DNA of 64,000 nt, taken from contig JAQTRE010000001.1 in the NCBI GenBank assembly GCA_028711995.1, positions 33,799 through 97,798 of the forward strand, given 5' to 3'. Each line of letters starts with the position of its first letter. Position 1 is the stretch's first letter. The position numbers and the translations under genes are program-made. Positions 19,299 through 27,022 of this stretch are shown piece by piece. This stretch comes from Dehalococcoidia bacterium. GTDB taxonomy: Bacteria > Chloroflexota > Dehalococcoidia > SZUA-161 > SpSt-899. Below the pieces are notes generated by a model. It did no database searches. It saw only the letters and a list, made by a program, of their open reading frames with translations, and was not told where the DNA came from.

Positions 19299-20063
19299 TT
19301 AGGCGGGCTGCAATAACTCGGCTGGAAGTTTGGCCCTTACGCCGTGCCAGCTACCCGCACCCCAATGAAATTCCGCATCTTTGAGCGCTTTGATAACTTC
19401 ATAATCTGGCTTCTCAGCAAACGTCACCCGGACGTATGTCTCGCCCTCTATCACGACCCCGCCGGATTGCTCCGCCTTCTCTGTCCTGGCCTTCTGATTC
19501 TTGATCATCTCAATCCGCTCTTTGTCCTTGCGGATAGTTGCCCTGAGATTGGTGAGCGAGTAGCCGGGGATCGGTTGCTTTTCCCAAGAGTAGGCTGTCG
19601 CAATCATATCAGCCGTCTTCTGCGCAGCTTCCTCTGAAATTCCGGCCAGCTTCGCATATGCAGCAACATCGCCCTTCGATTTGCGCCATGCCTTGTTCAG
19701 TTCGACATACCGGGCCGCCTGGGTCTCCCTTTCCGATATCCGGGCTTCCAGGGCTTCGATGCTGTCATCGTCGTCGCTGAAAATGCTGGTCTTTAGCTGG
19801 TGCTCCAAACCTTCGGCCTTCTGCTCATGGTGTTCTGCAAGATGAGCTTCCTCACAACCCTTCGACATGCTGTTGTGGATTCGGTCGGCGTCTCTCCGGG
19901 CATGCCTCTCGGAATGATGCCCAACCAAAATTGGTTGTCCGAACGGGATGCCGTCGGCGATCCGGTGGGCGGTCCCGAATGCCGCATCTGATCTCGCTTT
20001 CGCCTTACCCGCCCAGTCTTGCCGTTTCTCCAACCTTGCTTCCAATCGTTCTCGCCTAGTCAT
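19299..20063 (-). CDS. DUF3560-family protein (ParB-associated)
   Basis: RRERLEARLEKRQDWAGKAKA...GQPILVGHHSERHARR resembles DUF3560. The start was set at ATG 20063, which has an AAGGAG ribosome-binding site. Confidence 0.5.
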   Translation of the reverse strand: MTRRERLEARLEKRQDWAGKAKARSDAAFGTAHRIADGIPFGQPILVGHHSERHARRDADRIHNSMSKGCEEAHLAEHHEQKAEGLEHQLKTSIFSDDDDSIEALEARISERETQAARYVELNKAWRKSKGDVAAYAKLAGISEEAAQKTADMIATAYSWEKQPIPGYSLTNLRATIRKDKERIEMIKNQKARTEKAEQSGGVVIEGETYVRVTFAEKPDYEVIKALKDAEFHWGAGSWHGVRAKLPAELLQPA

Positions 20064-20074
20064 AATTTCTCCTT

Positions 20075-20215
20075 TTAGTTGCCTATTCTGCAAACAAGTT
20101 TTCTATTGTGATCCTTCCAGATTGATAAGCTGCAAGGGATACGTTTACAGGTCACGACTTCGATGTGATACCACCCGGCCTTGATTGTGAATCCTGATAT
20201 ATTAGAGCGTTTCAT
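20075..20215 (-). CDS. Candidate 46-aa leader ORF (MKRSNISGFTIKAGWYHIEVVTCKRIPCSLSIWKDHNRKLVCRIGN)
   Basis: My own translation. A GGGGG ribosome-binding site lies 5 nt upstream, and the TAA stop sits inside the ribosome-binding site of the downstream DUF3560 gene. Confidence 0.25.
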   Translation of the reverse strand: MKRSNISGFTIKAGWYHIEVVTCKRIPCSLSIWKDHNRKLVCRIGN

Positions 20216-20259
20216 GATTCCCCCTTACTCTGTAAGTTAGATTAGTTATCTTTGTTATC

Positions 20260-20288
20260 ATTCTACCATACAGCGTATCTGGCGTCAA
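20260..20288 (-). promoter_or_regulatory. Near-consensus sigma70-type promoter (TTGACG - 17 nt - TAGAAT), copy 1
   Basis: Read on the minus strand; it shares about 32 bp with copy 2. Confidence 0.55.
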
Positions 20289-20293
20289 GGTCT

Positions 20294-20824
20294 CTAGGCC
20301 TGTCTTGAGAGGGCTTCGGCTACACCCTCCAGGTCGGAAATCGCCGCTCTTATCACCCGTAGCGCCTCTCCAATTTGCTCCTCTTTATGCCTGTCGCTAT
20401 CAAATGTCTGGGCAATCTCGCGGACGATAAACTCGGCCAGTCCATCACCCAGTATCTCGTCGCTACATTCATCCTTGCATTTGCAGGGGTTACCATCGGG
20501 ATCGTAGAAGTTCGCCAGGTAATTATTGGGGTATCCTTCGTTAGCTTTATCGAGAAGTTGTACCAGGGTCAGCGGTTTGCCCTTATCCTTTCCATCGGGG
20601 CCAAAAACAGGCAGCTCTCCGAGGACTTCGGCAGCCTGATCCTGGACATAGTCCAAGAGGTGAATGATTCCATCCATGTCAGCGCAAAACCTCAAGACGG
20701 AGTCCTTCGGCATATTGCCAATATTGAAATCGGCAATCATCTGTCTGGTCTCCAGTAAAGATTCTTTCTCTCCGCGAAGCATCTCCCAATCAATAGCGTC
20801 TGAGTCAATCAATACCTTTACCAT
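20294..20824 (-). CDS. Hypothetical phage early protein
   Basis: Six-frame ORF with a TAAGATG junction to the upstream gene; no recognisable domain. Confidence 0.45.
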   Translation of the reverse strand: MVKVLIDSDAIDWEMLRGEKESLLETRQMIADFNIGNMPKDSVLRFCADMDGIIHLLDYVQDQAAEVLGELPVFGPDGKDKGKPLTLVQLLDKANEGYPNNYLANFYDPDGNPCKCKDECSDEILGDGLAEFIVREIAQTFDSDRHKEEQIGEALRVIRAAISDLEGVAEALSRQA

Positions 20825-20825
20825 C

Positions 20826-21206
20826 TTAGCCCTCCCCTTCAAGGATCGACTTCCGGTAAACGTCGCCGTCTTCTTCGACCACATCATCGTCGGCGCCATC
20901 GGTATCGAAGTCTTTCACCACCACCCTGATGCCATCTGGAACTGACCAGCTTTGTACGAGCCCGCCCTCGATGATGATGCGGACCTCCTGGGGAACTTCG
21001 TCAGCGGGTTCGTTCAACCCTTTTCCCTCTGCTTGGCTTATGCGGCCCGCTCGGTAGTCGATCAGTTCATCGAGTAGCGCCTCTTTGGGTTCGTCCAGTA
21101 GATAGGCAAGGATCAGGCTCATATCGAATGCGTTGATCTTCTTCTTCGCGCCGTGGTGATCCAAGTATGTGATGGCCCTGGCGATAATAACCTTTTTCTC
21201 TGGCAT
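20826..21206 (-). CDS. Hypothetical phage early protein with an acidic C-terminus
   Basis: ORF with a GGAGGT ribosome-binding site before the ATG at 21206. Confidence 0.45.
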   Translation of the reverse strand: MPEKKVIIARAITYLDHHGAKKKINAFDMSLILAYLLDEPKEALLDELIDYRAGRISQAEGKGLNEPADEVPQEVRIIIEGGLVQSWSVPDGIRVVVKDFDTDGADDDVVEEDGDVYRKSILEGEG

Positions 21207-21211
21207 TTCCT

Positions 21212-21427
21212 TTACCTCCTTCCCTCGACTTGCTCCCAGACGCAATGAGCGTGCTGGGGGTTGTGATTGTCATCGAGGTAAAAGGGTTGACCGGCCAACA
21301 TCGGTTTACCACAGATATTGCAGTTTTTCGAGAACATCTCTCGGTTCGCCGCGCAATCTCGATGCTGGCAAGGTTTCTGGCATACCACCTTCTCATCCTT
21401 GATATCCGGCACAAAAGCGTATCCCAT
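21212..21427 (-). CDS. Small Cys/His-rich (zinc-ribbon-like) protein
   Basis: CQKPC...C...CNICGKP...HAHC; GGAGGA ribosome-binding site before the ATG at 21427. Confidence 0.4.
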   Translation of the reverse strand: MGYAFVPDIKDEKVVCQKPCQHRDCAANREMFSKNCNICGKPMLAGQPFYLDDNHNPQHAHCVWEQVEGRR

Positions 21428-21441
21428 GAATCTATCCTCCT

Positions 21442-21813
21442 TCACCCGTACACAAGTTCGCCGAACAAACAACACTGCAAGAAGACATCGCCTGTAATGG
21501 AGTCGTCGTTCTCATTCATGAAGTCGCTGAAATGCTTGGAATACTTCTCTGCCATGATTCTCAGCCCCTTCTCGATCGCTCTCCGGTCAAGGGTGTATTC
21601 CTTTGGATCCTCATCGGCCTTGATCGTGAGGCTGCCACCATCTATGAAAGGCAAATCGATGTGCGGAAACTCCACATCGTTGCGCCCCAACCCTGGCGCA
21701 TAAGTGTGTCGCGTGATCATGTACCAGTAGTTACTCCCACCCTCCAGGGCGCTGGTCAGGAGGTCTTTGACTCGCTGATCCTCGATCTGATTAGTCGCTG
21801 TGAGTGTGAACAT
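21442..21813 (-). CDS. Hypothetical phage early protein
   Basis: ORF sitting in an operon context. Confidence 0.45.
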   Translation of the reverse strand: MFTLTATNQIEDQRVKDLLTSALEGGSNYWYMITRHTYAPGLGRNDVEFPHIDLPFIDGGSLTIKADEDPKEYTLDRRAIEKGLRIMAEKYSKHFSDFMNENDDSITGDVFLQCCLFGELVYG

Positions 21814-21831
21814 TTTCCTCCTCCTTTTCCT

Positions 21832-22242
21832 TCATAACCTCTGCTGGGCCTTGATATTTCTCATCCAGATGCCGGCGAACACTGCCTCGTCGGCTTGCTC
21901 TCTGGGAAGATAGGCTTCCGCCTCACCATGTTCATCGAACCTGACCGACTCCCGATAGATGCCCAAATTATCCTGCTGGTACATGATCGGATAGTACCGG
22001 CTGTCCATCTTGGCCTTGACGAAGACCATCTCAGGATCCCGCATCAAATCACCGTTCTGTTCGTAGTAGTGGGCGACCGAGAACTTCGGGCCAAGGTTGC
22101 AGTCCCCAATGTACTCCACAGTCACCGCCATAATGCTCGACCCGGGCTTGTTATTGTCGATCTTGCGGTGACTGTTTTCCTCGGTCAGGCCCTCGGTCAG
22201 TTTGTCCAGAATCTTGCATCCTTCTTGATTGACTGGCTTCAT
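21832..22242 (-). CDS. Hypothetical phage early protein
   Basis: ORF lying immediately downstream of a near-consensus promoter. Confidence 0.45.
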   Translation of the reverse strand: MKPVNQEGCKILDKLTEGLTEENSHRKIDNNKPGSSIMAVTVEYIGDCNLGPKFSVAHYYEQNGDLMRDPEMVFVKAKMDSRYYPIMYQQDNLGIYRESVRFDEHGEAEAYLPREQADEAVFAGIWMRNIKAQQRL

Positions 22243-22297
22243 CTTCCTTCCCCCTTCCTTGTGTTATCCTTGTTATATATGTTATTTCAGTATAATT

Positions 22298-22326
22298 AGT
22301 CTACCATGCGGCGTATCTGGCGTCAA
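22298..22326 (-). promoter_or_regulatory. Near-consensus sigma70-type promoter (TTGACG - 17 nt - TAGACT), copy 2
   Basis: Read on the minus strand. It is a duplicate of the element at 20260..20288. Confidence 0.55.
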
Positions 22327-22387
22327 GGTCTCTACACCCATATTGCGATCGAATTATCACTGATTTGCTGGGCAATATGCTGTGAGA

Positions 22388-22416
22388 TTGACATCATTGC
22401 TAACCATTGTTATCCT
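22388..22416 (+). promoter_or_regulatory. Divergent promoter for the RHH gene (TTGACA - 17 nt - TATCCT)
   Basis: Hexamers read on the plus strand; the AGGAGG ribosome-binding site lies at 22431-22436. Confidence 0.4.
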
Positions 22417-22442
22417 AATCGCGTTAGCTCAGGAGGTTACAC

Positions 22443-22655
22443 ATGGGTAAGGTTTACGGACGAACATGGTTTTTCCGAAACATCCCGGAGGAGACCTGGA
22501 GGCTGGCAGAGATGGCCAAGGGAGCCAGTCAGTTCACAGATCTCCGTGTTTGGGTCATCAATGCCGTCGAGGAACAGTCCAAACGTCAGTTCGGTGAAGA
22601 GGGCTACCAGCAGATCAAGAAGCTGGTCCAGGAACAAATAGCTGCCGGGAAATAG
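22443..22655 (+). CDS. Ribbon-helix-helix (Arc/CopG-like) transcriptional regulator
   Basis: Strong AGGAGG ribosome-binding site. The N-terminal beta strand plus two helices (TWFFRNIPEETWRLAEMAKGAS...LRVWVINAVEE) fit the RHH fold. It is the only plus-strand gene in a minus-strand block. Confidence 0.5.
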   Translation: MGKVYGRTWFFRNIPEETWRLAEMAKGASQFTDLRVWVINAVEEQSKRQFGEEGYQQIKKLVQEQIAAGK

Positions 22656-22663
22656 GGTACTGA

Positions 22664-23179
22664 TCAACCATCGAGTGCCCACACCTCAATCCTCATCGAC
22701 AGATTGTCGCTTTTGTACTTGCACCCCGGCCCTCGCTGGAATATCTTCACGTCATCCGCGTAGATGACTTTGTTGCACATATCCTCAGCGGCCTTCTCGA
22801 AGTTTGAAAGGTCCGCCCGACCCGCCTGTGAAGTCCAGAAGGATGAGGCGAACCCGATCTTCGGTTTGTCCAGAAAAACGGGAAGCTCTTTGAACCCAGT
22901 TCGCTTGAGTGCCCACGTCAAGACATCTCGAAGCCTGGCTTGCTGGTCGTTGTAGGCGCGAACTCTCTCTCCAACTTCATCGTCCCGCCACCTGCTGTTT
23001 CGCGTCTGTCTCACGTAGGGCAACACGCAGTCGGCAAAGTCCAGAATCATGCGTCGACCGGGATCCCAATGGGTGATTGTCACGATCTGGTTACTGACCA
23101 CCTCTACGGTCCCCTCTCTTCGCTTTCTCCGCCAATTCGTGCCTGTAGTCGGTCGCCGTTGTCCACACGCATCGACCAT
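22664..23179 (-). CDS. rusA: RusA-like Holliday junction resolvase
   Basis: ADLSNFEKAAEDMCNKVIYADDVKIF matches the RusA D-x-D-N...DD catalytic region. Confidence 0.5.
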   Translation of the reverse strand: MVDACGQRRPTTGTNWRRKRREGTVEVVSNQIVTITHWDPGRRMILDFADCVLPYVRQTRNSRWRDDEVGERVRAYNDQQARLRDVLTWALKRTGFKELPVFLDKPKIGFASSFWTSQAGRADLSNFEKAAEDMCNKVIYADDVKIFQRGPGCKYKSDNLSMRIEVWALDG

Positions 23180-23915
23180 AGCGCGGGTCTTCGGATCGGC
23201 TCACCACGCGCGGGAATACCTTCCGCAGATCGTCAGGGCCAAAGTTGCTGGTGATGATCGTCCTGAGACCGGCGTTGATTCGACGAGTGATCAGGTTGTC
23301 GATCGTTTCCTCGTCAAAGTTGGTGCGGTATTTAAGCTCATCGATCGCCAGCACCGGGATTCGGTTGGCGGCGTTGCGCATGATGTCTGCCGAGGTAGTG
23401 GGATTGCTGTTGTCTTTTGAGGCGATGTCCTGCTTGATCGCGCTCTTGAGGTCATCCAGCCAGTCGGCCGCCCTGATAATCATCGCCGTTCCGCCCATCT
23501 CCAGCGCATGGATGACGACGGCATGAGCCAGGTGGGTTTTCCCGCTGCCGCAGTTGCCAGTGAGTATCACCAATTGTACCCTGCCGTCCCTCAAGGCTTG
23601 CGCAGCCTCTAACTCTTCCTCCGTCCCTTTGCGCTTACGGAATGTGTCAAAAGTCTCTCCGCGCTTGTCCTTCGGGATGCCGCATCTGTCCCAGCGCTTT
23701 TGCTTCAACTTCTCCGCTTGGCAAGAACAATCGAACGCTTTCCCGAAATCCTCATGCCATGGCGGAACATCCAAGACTACCCAACCAAGGTCTTTACAAA
23801 TCGGGCACCTGACCGGCGAATCATCCACCACGATAATCGGGGTGTCCTGGCCTCGGCCTTTCTCGATCTGCTCCTTGATTGGCGCGAACAGGTTGGCGCT
23901 TGTCTCCATTGCCAC
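23091..23915 (-). CDS. DnaC/IstB-like AAA+ helicase loader with an N-terminal zinc ribbon
   Basis: Walker A GNCGSGKTHLA, Walker B LAIDELKY, sensor TIITSN. Confidence 0.7.
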   Translation of the reverse strand: MAMETSANLFAPIKEQIEKGRGQDTPIIVVDDSPVRCPICKDLGWVVLDVPPWHEDFGKAFDCSCQAEKLKQKRWDRCGIPKDKRGETFDTFRKRKGTEEELEAAQALRDGRVQLVILTGNCGSGKTHLAHAVVIHALEMGGTAMIIRAADWLDDLKSAIKQDIASKDNSNPTTSADIMRNAANRIPVLAIDELKYRTNFDEETIDNLITRRINAGLRTIITSNFGPDDLRKVFPRVVSRSEDPRYGRCVWTTATDYRHELAEKAKRGDRRGGQ

Positions 23916-24726
23916 CTCCTTGACTGAAAATGCGTTCGTTCTTCATCCAGTTTCGCAGACGCGATTTCCACTGCGACTTGGTGTGACGCCTTTTCCCGGA
24001 ATGATAGTCACGACACGCTCGAATGTGTGACTCTCTGAATTCGGGATATTCGCTCAGGAACTCGCTTAGCCACTCCACATCGTTGGCCAACTGAGACGAT
24101 CCCCAACCGGAGAGTTTCAAGAGTTCTCCTAGAATCGGATGGTTTCCGCAATCTATTTCTTTAGAAGTAGTATTTTCTTTCTTTTCTTTTGTGTTTACCC
24201 CGTGGGGTAACGGTTTCGTTACCCCGTTAGGTAACGGTTTGTCATCAGCTATTACCCCGTCAGGTAACACTTCCCCTTGCTCCACCATTACCCCGTTAGG
24301 TAACGATGCTATTACCCCGTCAGGTAATGGTGGCTCACCAACTGTTGCCCCGTCAGGTAATGGTTCCATTACCCCGTTAGGTAACGGTTTGGGATCATGA
24401 TTCGTTACCCCATGGGGTAACGGTGTCCATGAGTCATAGTCTTTCTGAAACCCATACTGGATACCCTGACCTTCTTTCAAAATGGTTATCATGTTACGCA
24501 TTCTCAGGAGGCCGAGAGCCCTGGCGACATGCCAGCGATTCAGCATTGTGCCCTTCTCGAACTGGGTGTAACTGATGCAATCTACGGTCTTGTGGTAGCC
24601 ATACGTTTTCCGAAAGATGAACCACAGCACTCGACTTTCGTATTGCGTCAAATTCACTCTGCACATAGCATCTACAATTTCATTTGCTATGTCGGTGTGC
24701 CCGTTCTCAACTTGCGGACTGGCCAT
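23821..24726 (-). CDS. Phage replisome organiser / replication initiator (lambda O / DnaD-like N-terminus) with a PLPNGV tandem-repeat region
   Basis: The N-terminal winged-helix region is YESRVLWFIFRKTYGYHK...ISYTQFEKGTMLNRWHVARAL. The internal repeats are encoded by DNA iterons. Confidence 0.65.
   Translation of the reverse strand: MASPQVENGHTDIANEIVDAMCRVNLTQYESRVLWFIFRKTYGYHKTVDCISYTQFEKGTMLNRWHVARALGLLRMRNMITILKEGQGIQYGFQKDYDSWTPLPHGVTNHDPKPLPNGVMEPLPDGATVGEPPLPDGVIASLPNGVMVEQGEVLPDGVIADDKPLPNGVTKPLPHGVNTKEKKENTTSKEIDCGNHPILGELLKLSGWGSSQLANDVEWLSEFLSEYPEFRESHIRACRDYHSGKRRHTKSQWKSRLRNWMKNERIFSQGGGNGDKRQPVRANQGADRERPRPGHPDYRGG
24195..24421. repeat. Eight iterons of consensus TTACCCCGTYAGGTAAY at 24-36 bp spacing (putative phage replication origin)
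   Basis: Copies start at 24195, 24219, 24252, 24288, 24312, 24345, 24369 and 24405. Each is an imperfect palindrome (TTACC...GGTAA). Confidence 0.7.
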
Positions 24727-24740
24727 AGGGACGCTCCAAC

Positions 24741-24965
24741 CTATTCCTTGATAAGGAACTCGTCATCCTCGTACTTCAATGTCACTGAAGGATTCCCATG
24801 GCGATTGGCTTTAGCCCCTATTTCGAGTGTGCCGCCATCATTGAATTCCAAGATGGCCTTCCCTTGTTTCACATGGAACCCGGTGACCGTCTCGCCGACC
24901 ACATGCGAGCCGATGTATTGCTTCTCCCTCGCCTCTACCACACGATCTTTCACCTGTAACGGCAC
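24741..24965 (-). CDS. Hypothetical small protein
   Basis: ORF only. Confidence 0.3.
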   Translation of the reverse strand: MPLQVKDRVVEAREKQYIGSHVVGETVTGFHVKQGKAILEFNDGGTLEIGAKANRHGNPSVTLKYEDDEFLIKE

Positions 24966-25321
24966 GCGAACACCTCCTGTCCAACTTTTATCTGCAGCAG
25001 TATCTCGCCAGTAATATCCGGCAGTTCGCGGTCACCGACCCCGCGCATGTTGGCTTCATGCACCAGTTCCCATATGGGATCAAGATCGATGCCACAACTC
25101 ACCGCCGTACCCAGGGCAACATAGACTAAATGGGCGAGACCGGTGGCGATATCCGCCAAAGCGCCGGATTCCAGAGCGCCGATAGTCTCCCCCGCTCTTC
25201 CCTTTATCAGGCTAGCTCGAAGCTTCAGGACTTCCTCTGGTGGCAACTGGGGTAAGTTCTGAACCAACACCCCGAACTTCTCATGATAAGCCCTGACATC
25301 CGCCTGCCAGTTAGTGGACAT
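24950..25321 (-). CDS. Possible MazG-like nucleotide pyrophosphohydrolase
   Basis: Helical protein of about 120 aa, with E/D-rich EEVLKLRASLIKGRAGE and ELVHEANMRG segments reminiscent of MazG; weak. Confidence 0.3.
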   Translation of the reverse strand: MSTNWQADVRAYHEKFGVLVQNLPQLPPEEVLKLRASLIKGRAGETIGALESGALADIATGLAHLVYVALGTAVSCGIDLDPIWELVHEANMRGVGDRELPDITGEILLQIKVGQEVFACRYR

Positions 25322-25360
25322 TGGTTGCCTGGCCTTTCATTCTGCTCATTCTGTTACCTC

Positions 25361-25434
25361 ATGGCAGGGCGGGAAGGACTCGAACCCTCATTTGTGGATT
25401 TGGAGGCCACTGTTCTTCCTCTGAACTACCACCC
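25361..25434 (-). tRNA. tRNA-Trp (anticodon CCA), phage-encoded
   Basis: Hand fold: T-arm GAGGG-TTCGAGT-CCTTC, anticodon loop CUCCAAA, D-arm GTTC-AGAGGAA-GAAC, 3' end CCGCCCT-G-CCA. This resembles the E. coli tRNA-Trp ending CCGCCCCUGCCA. The acceptor stem has two G-U pairs. Confidence 0.6.
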
Positions 25435-25538
25435 CGAGTTCTTCCGGGGATCTCTGGCAGGCGGAAATGGCCCACCAGACCCCGGACATCACCCCACTAC
25501 CCCAATATCATCATTAGGCTCACACACGCCATTGATGT

Positions 25539-26693
25539 TCATCTTCCGAAATAGACATTCGTAAGCTGCTTACCTTGATTTGAAACGAACCATTTCCCGT
25601 TGCCGCCATTGACCAACTTCAGGTCTTCGATCGGTCCAAATGTCGGGACATTGCCGCACATGTCCACTACCAGCGTATCGATCTTATCCGGGTGTATCCT
25701 GATGCCTCGCCCGATCATCTGGTAGTACAGTGCAAGGCTCATAGTCGGACGCGCCAGGATGACCGTCTCCAATTCCGGGTAATCAAAGCCGGTGGTCAGC
25801 ACGCCGACATTGGCTACGGCCCTTATTTCACCTGATCTGAAGCCGCTGATAATGCGTTCCCGCTCCCGCTTGGGCGTTTCTCCAGTGACGATGGCGCAGC
25901 CGGGTAGGCGACTCGCCACATATTCCGCTTCCTCAATAAAGCGGGTGAAGACCAAAGCGTTGCGCCTTTCCTGGAGGACCGCTCTGGTCTTATTCAGAAC
26001 ATGATCCGGGAAGTTAATGCCCTTGTAATAAGACTTCAAAGTCTTGTCATCATAGTCCGCCCCGGTGGTATTAAGCCGGAGCTGTGTGCGGTCAAAGCCG
26101 TTTGTGTTGATATACCGGAGCTTGGCCAGAAAACCAGAATCAAACAGATACCGGTTATTGACGTAGTACACCACATCGGTGAATATTCTCGGTCGGGTGC
26201 GCGTCAGGAACTTGAGGATTGATCCGCCGAATCCATCTGTCACCAGCCGATAAGGCGTGGCGGTCAACCCTAAAACTCTCGATGCTTCACATGCCTTCAG
26301 GAAATCGCGGTACATGCCTCCCTTTGAGTTGACCAGGTGGCACTCGTCGATGAGGATGTACCGAAAAGCCTTGAACATTTCAGGATGCTTTCGGACACTC
26401 CCGATGGTTGCAAACGTGATCGGGTAGAGTTGCTTCCTCCCCAGAGAAGCTGAATAGATGCCGGCGGAGAATCCGTAGCTCTCCATCTTGGCGTGATTCT
26501 GCTCAAGTATCTCTTTGGATGGCTGGAATACAAGAGTCGGGTCTCCAAGCTCTTTGATGATGTTGGCAATCACCAGGCTCTTTCCCGATCCCGTTGGGAG
26601 CACTATGATGCCATTGCTACTGTACGGCCCTTGGAGATACTTGACCGACGTCTGCACAGCTCGCTCTTGGTAGGGGCGCAGCGTGTAGGACAT
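25539..26693 (-). CDS. SF2 DEAD/DEAH-box DNA helicase (ResIII-like)
   Basis: Motif I PTGSGKS, motif II DECH, motif VI QMIGRGIR. Confidence 0.7.
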   Translation of the reverse strand: MSYTLRPYQERAVQTSVKYLQGPYSSNGIIVLPTGSGKSLVIANIIKELGDPTLVFQPSKEILEQNHAKMESYGFSAGIYSASLGRKQLYPITFATIGSVRKHPEMFKAFRYILIDECHLVNSKGGMYRDFLKACEASRVLGLTATPYRLVTDGFGGSILKFLTRTRPRIFTDVVYYVNNRYLFDSGFLAKLRYINTNGFDRTQLRLNTTGADYDDKTLKSYYKGINFPDHVLNKTRAVLQERRNALVFTRFIEEAEYVASRLPGCAIVTGETPKRERERIISGFRSGEIRAVANVGVLTTGFDYPELETVILARPTMSLALYYQMIGRGIRIHPDKIDTLVVDMCGNVPTFGPIEDLKLVNGGNGKWFVSNQGKQLTNVYFGR

Positions 26694-27022
26694 TAGTCTG
26701 ACAGCTCCTTGTCTTCACCTGTTTCGCCAAATCCTTCGGCCTCAAACATGGCTACCTGTTCAGGCTTTTTCGTTCCGCCGAGTGTGCACGTCATTTGCCA
26801 GTAATGAAGCGTCAGATCCTCCACATCTGCCCGGTCTTCTCCGGACATGTTGATCGTGATATTGAGTACGTGTTCCAGATCCCCGCCTGACGGCTGAGTT
26901 GTCCACTTCAGCTTTGACACTTTGAGATCGATATGTTTCTTATCCATCGCCCCCAACAATTCCATTGCCTTTTCTTTTTCGGTCTGCCCCATTGATTTTG
27001 TTTCTCCTTCTCTTTTATTCAT
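26693..27022 (-). CDS. Hypothetical protein
   Basis: ORF in an operon. Confidence 0.4.
   Translation of the reverse strand: MNKREGETKSMGQTEKEKAMELLGAMDKKHIDLKVSKLKWTTQPSGGDLEHVLNITINMSGEDRADVEDLTLHYWQMTCTLGGTKKPEQVAMFEAEGFGETGEDKELSD

Noticed and set aside
22306-22641. 111-aa plus-strand ORF overlapping the RHH gene region
   Set aside because: It starts inside the promoter copy 2 sequence, has no ribosome-binding site, and is in a different frame from the ribosome-binding-site-bearing RHH ORF.
24191-24400. 69-aa plus-strand ORF made of GNG/PSGN repeats
   Set aside because: It is an artefact of the iteron DNA repeats, read on the strand opposite the replisome-organiser gene.
24195-24421. 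Considered whether the 17-bp repeats form a CRISPR array
   Set aside because: Spacing is irregular (24, 33 or 36 bp), there are no unique uniform spacers, the repeats are palindromic half-sites inside a coding gene, and no cas genes are nearby. They fit iterons.
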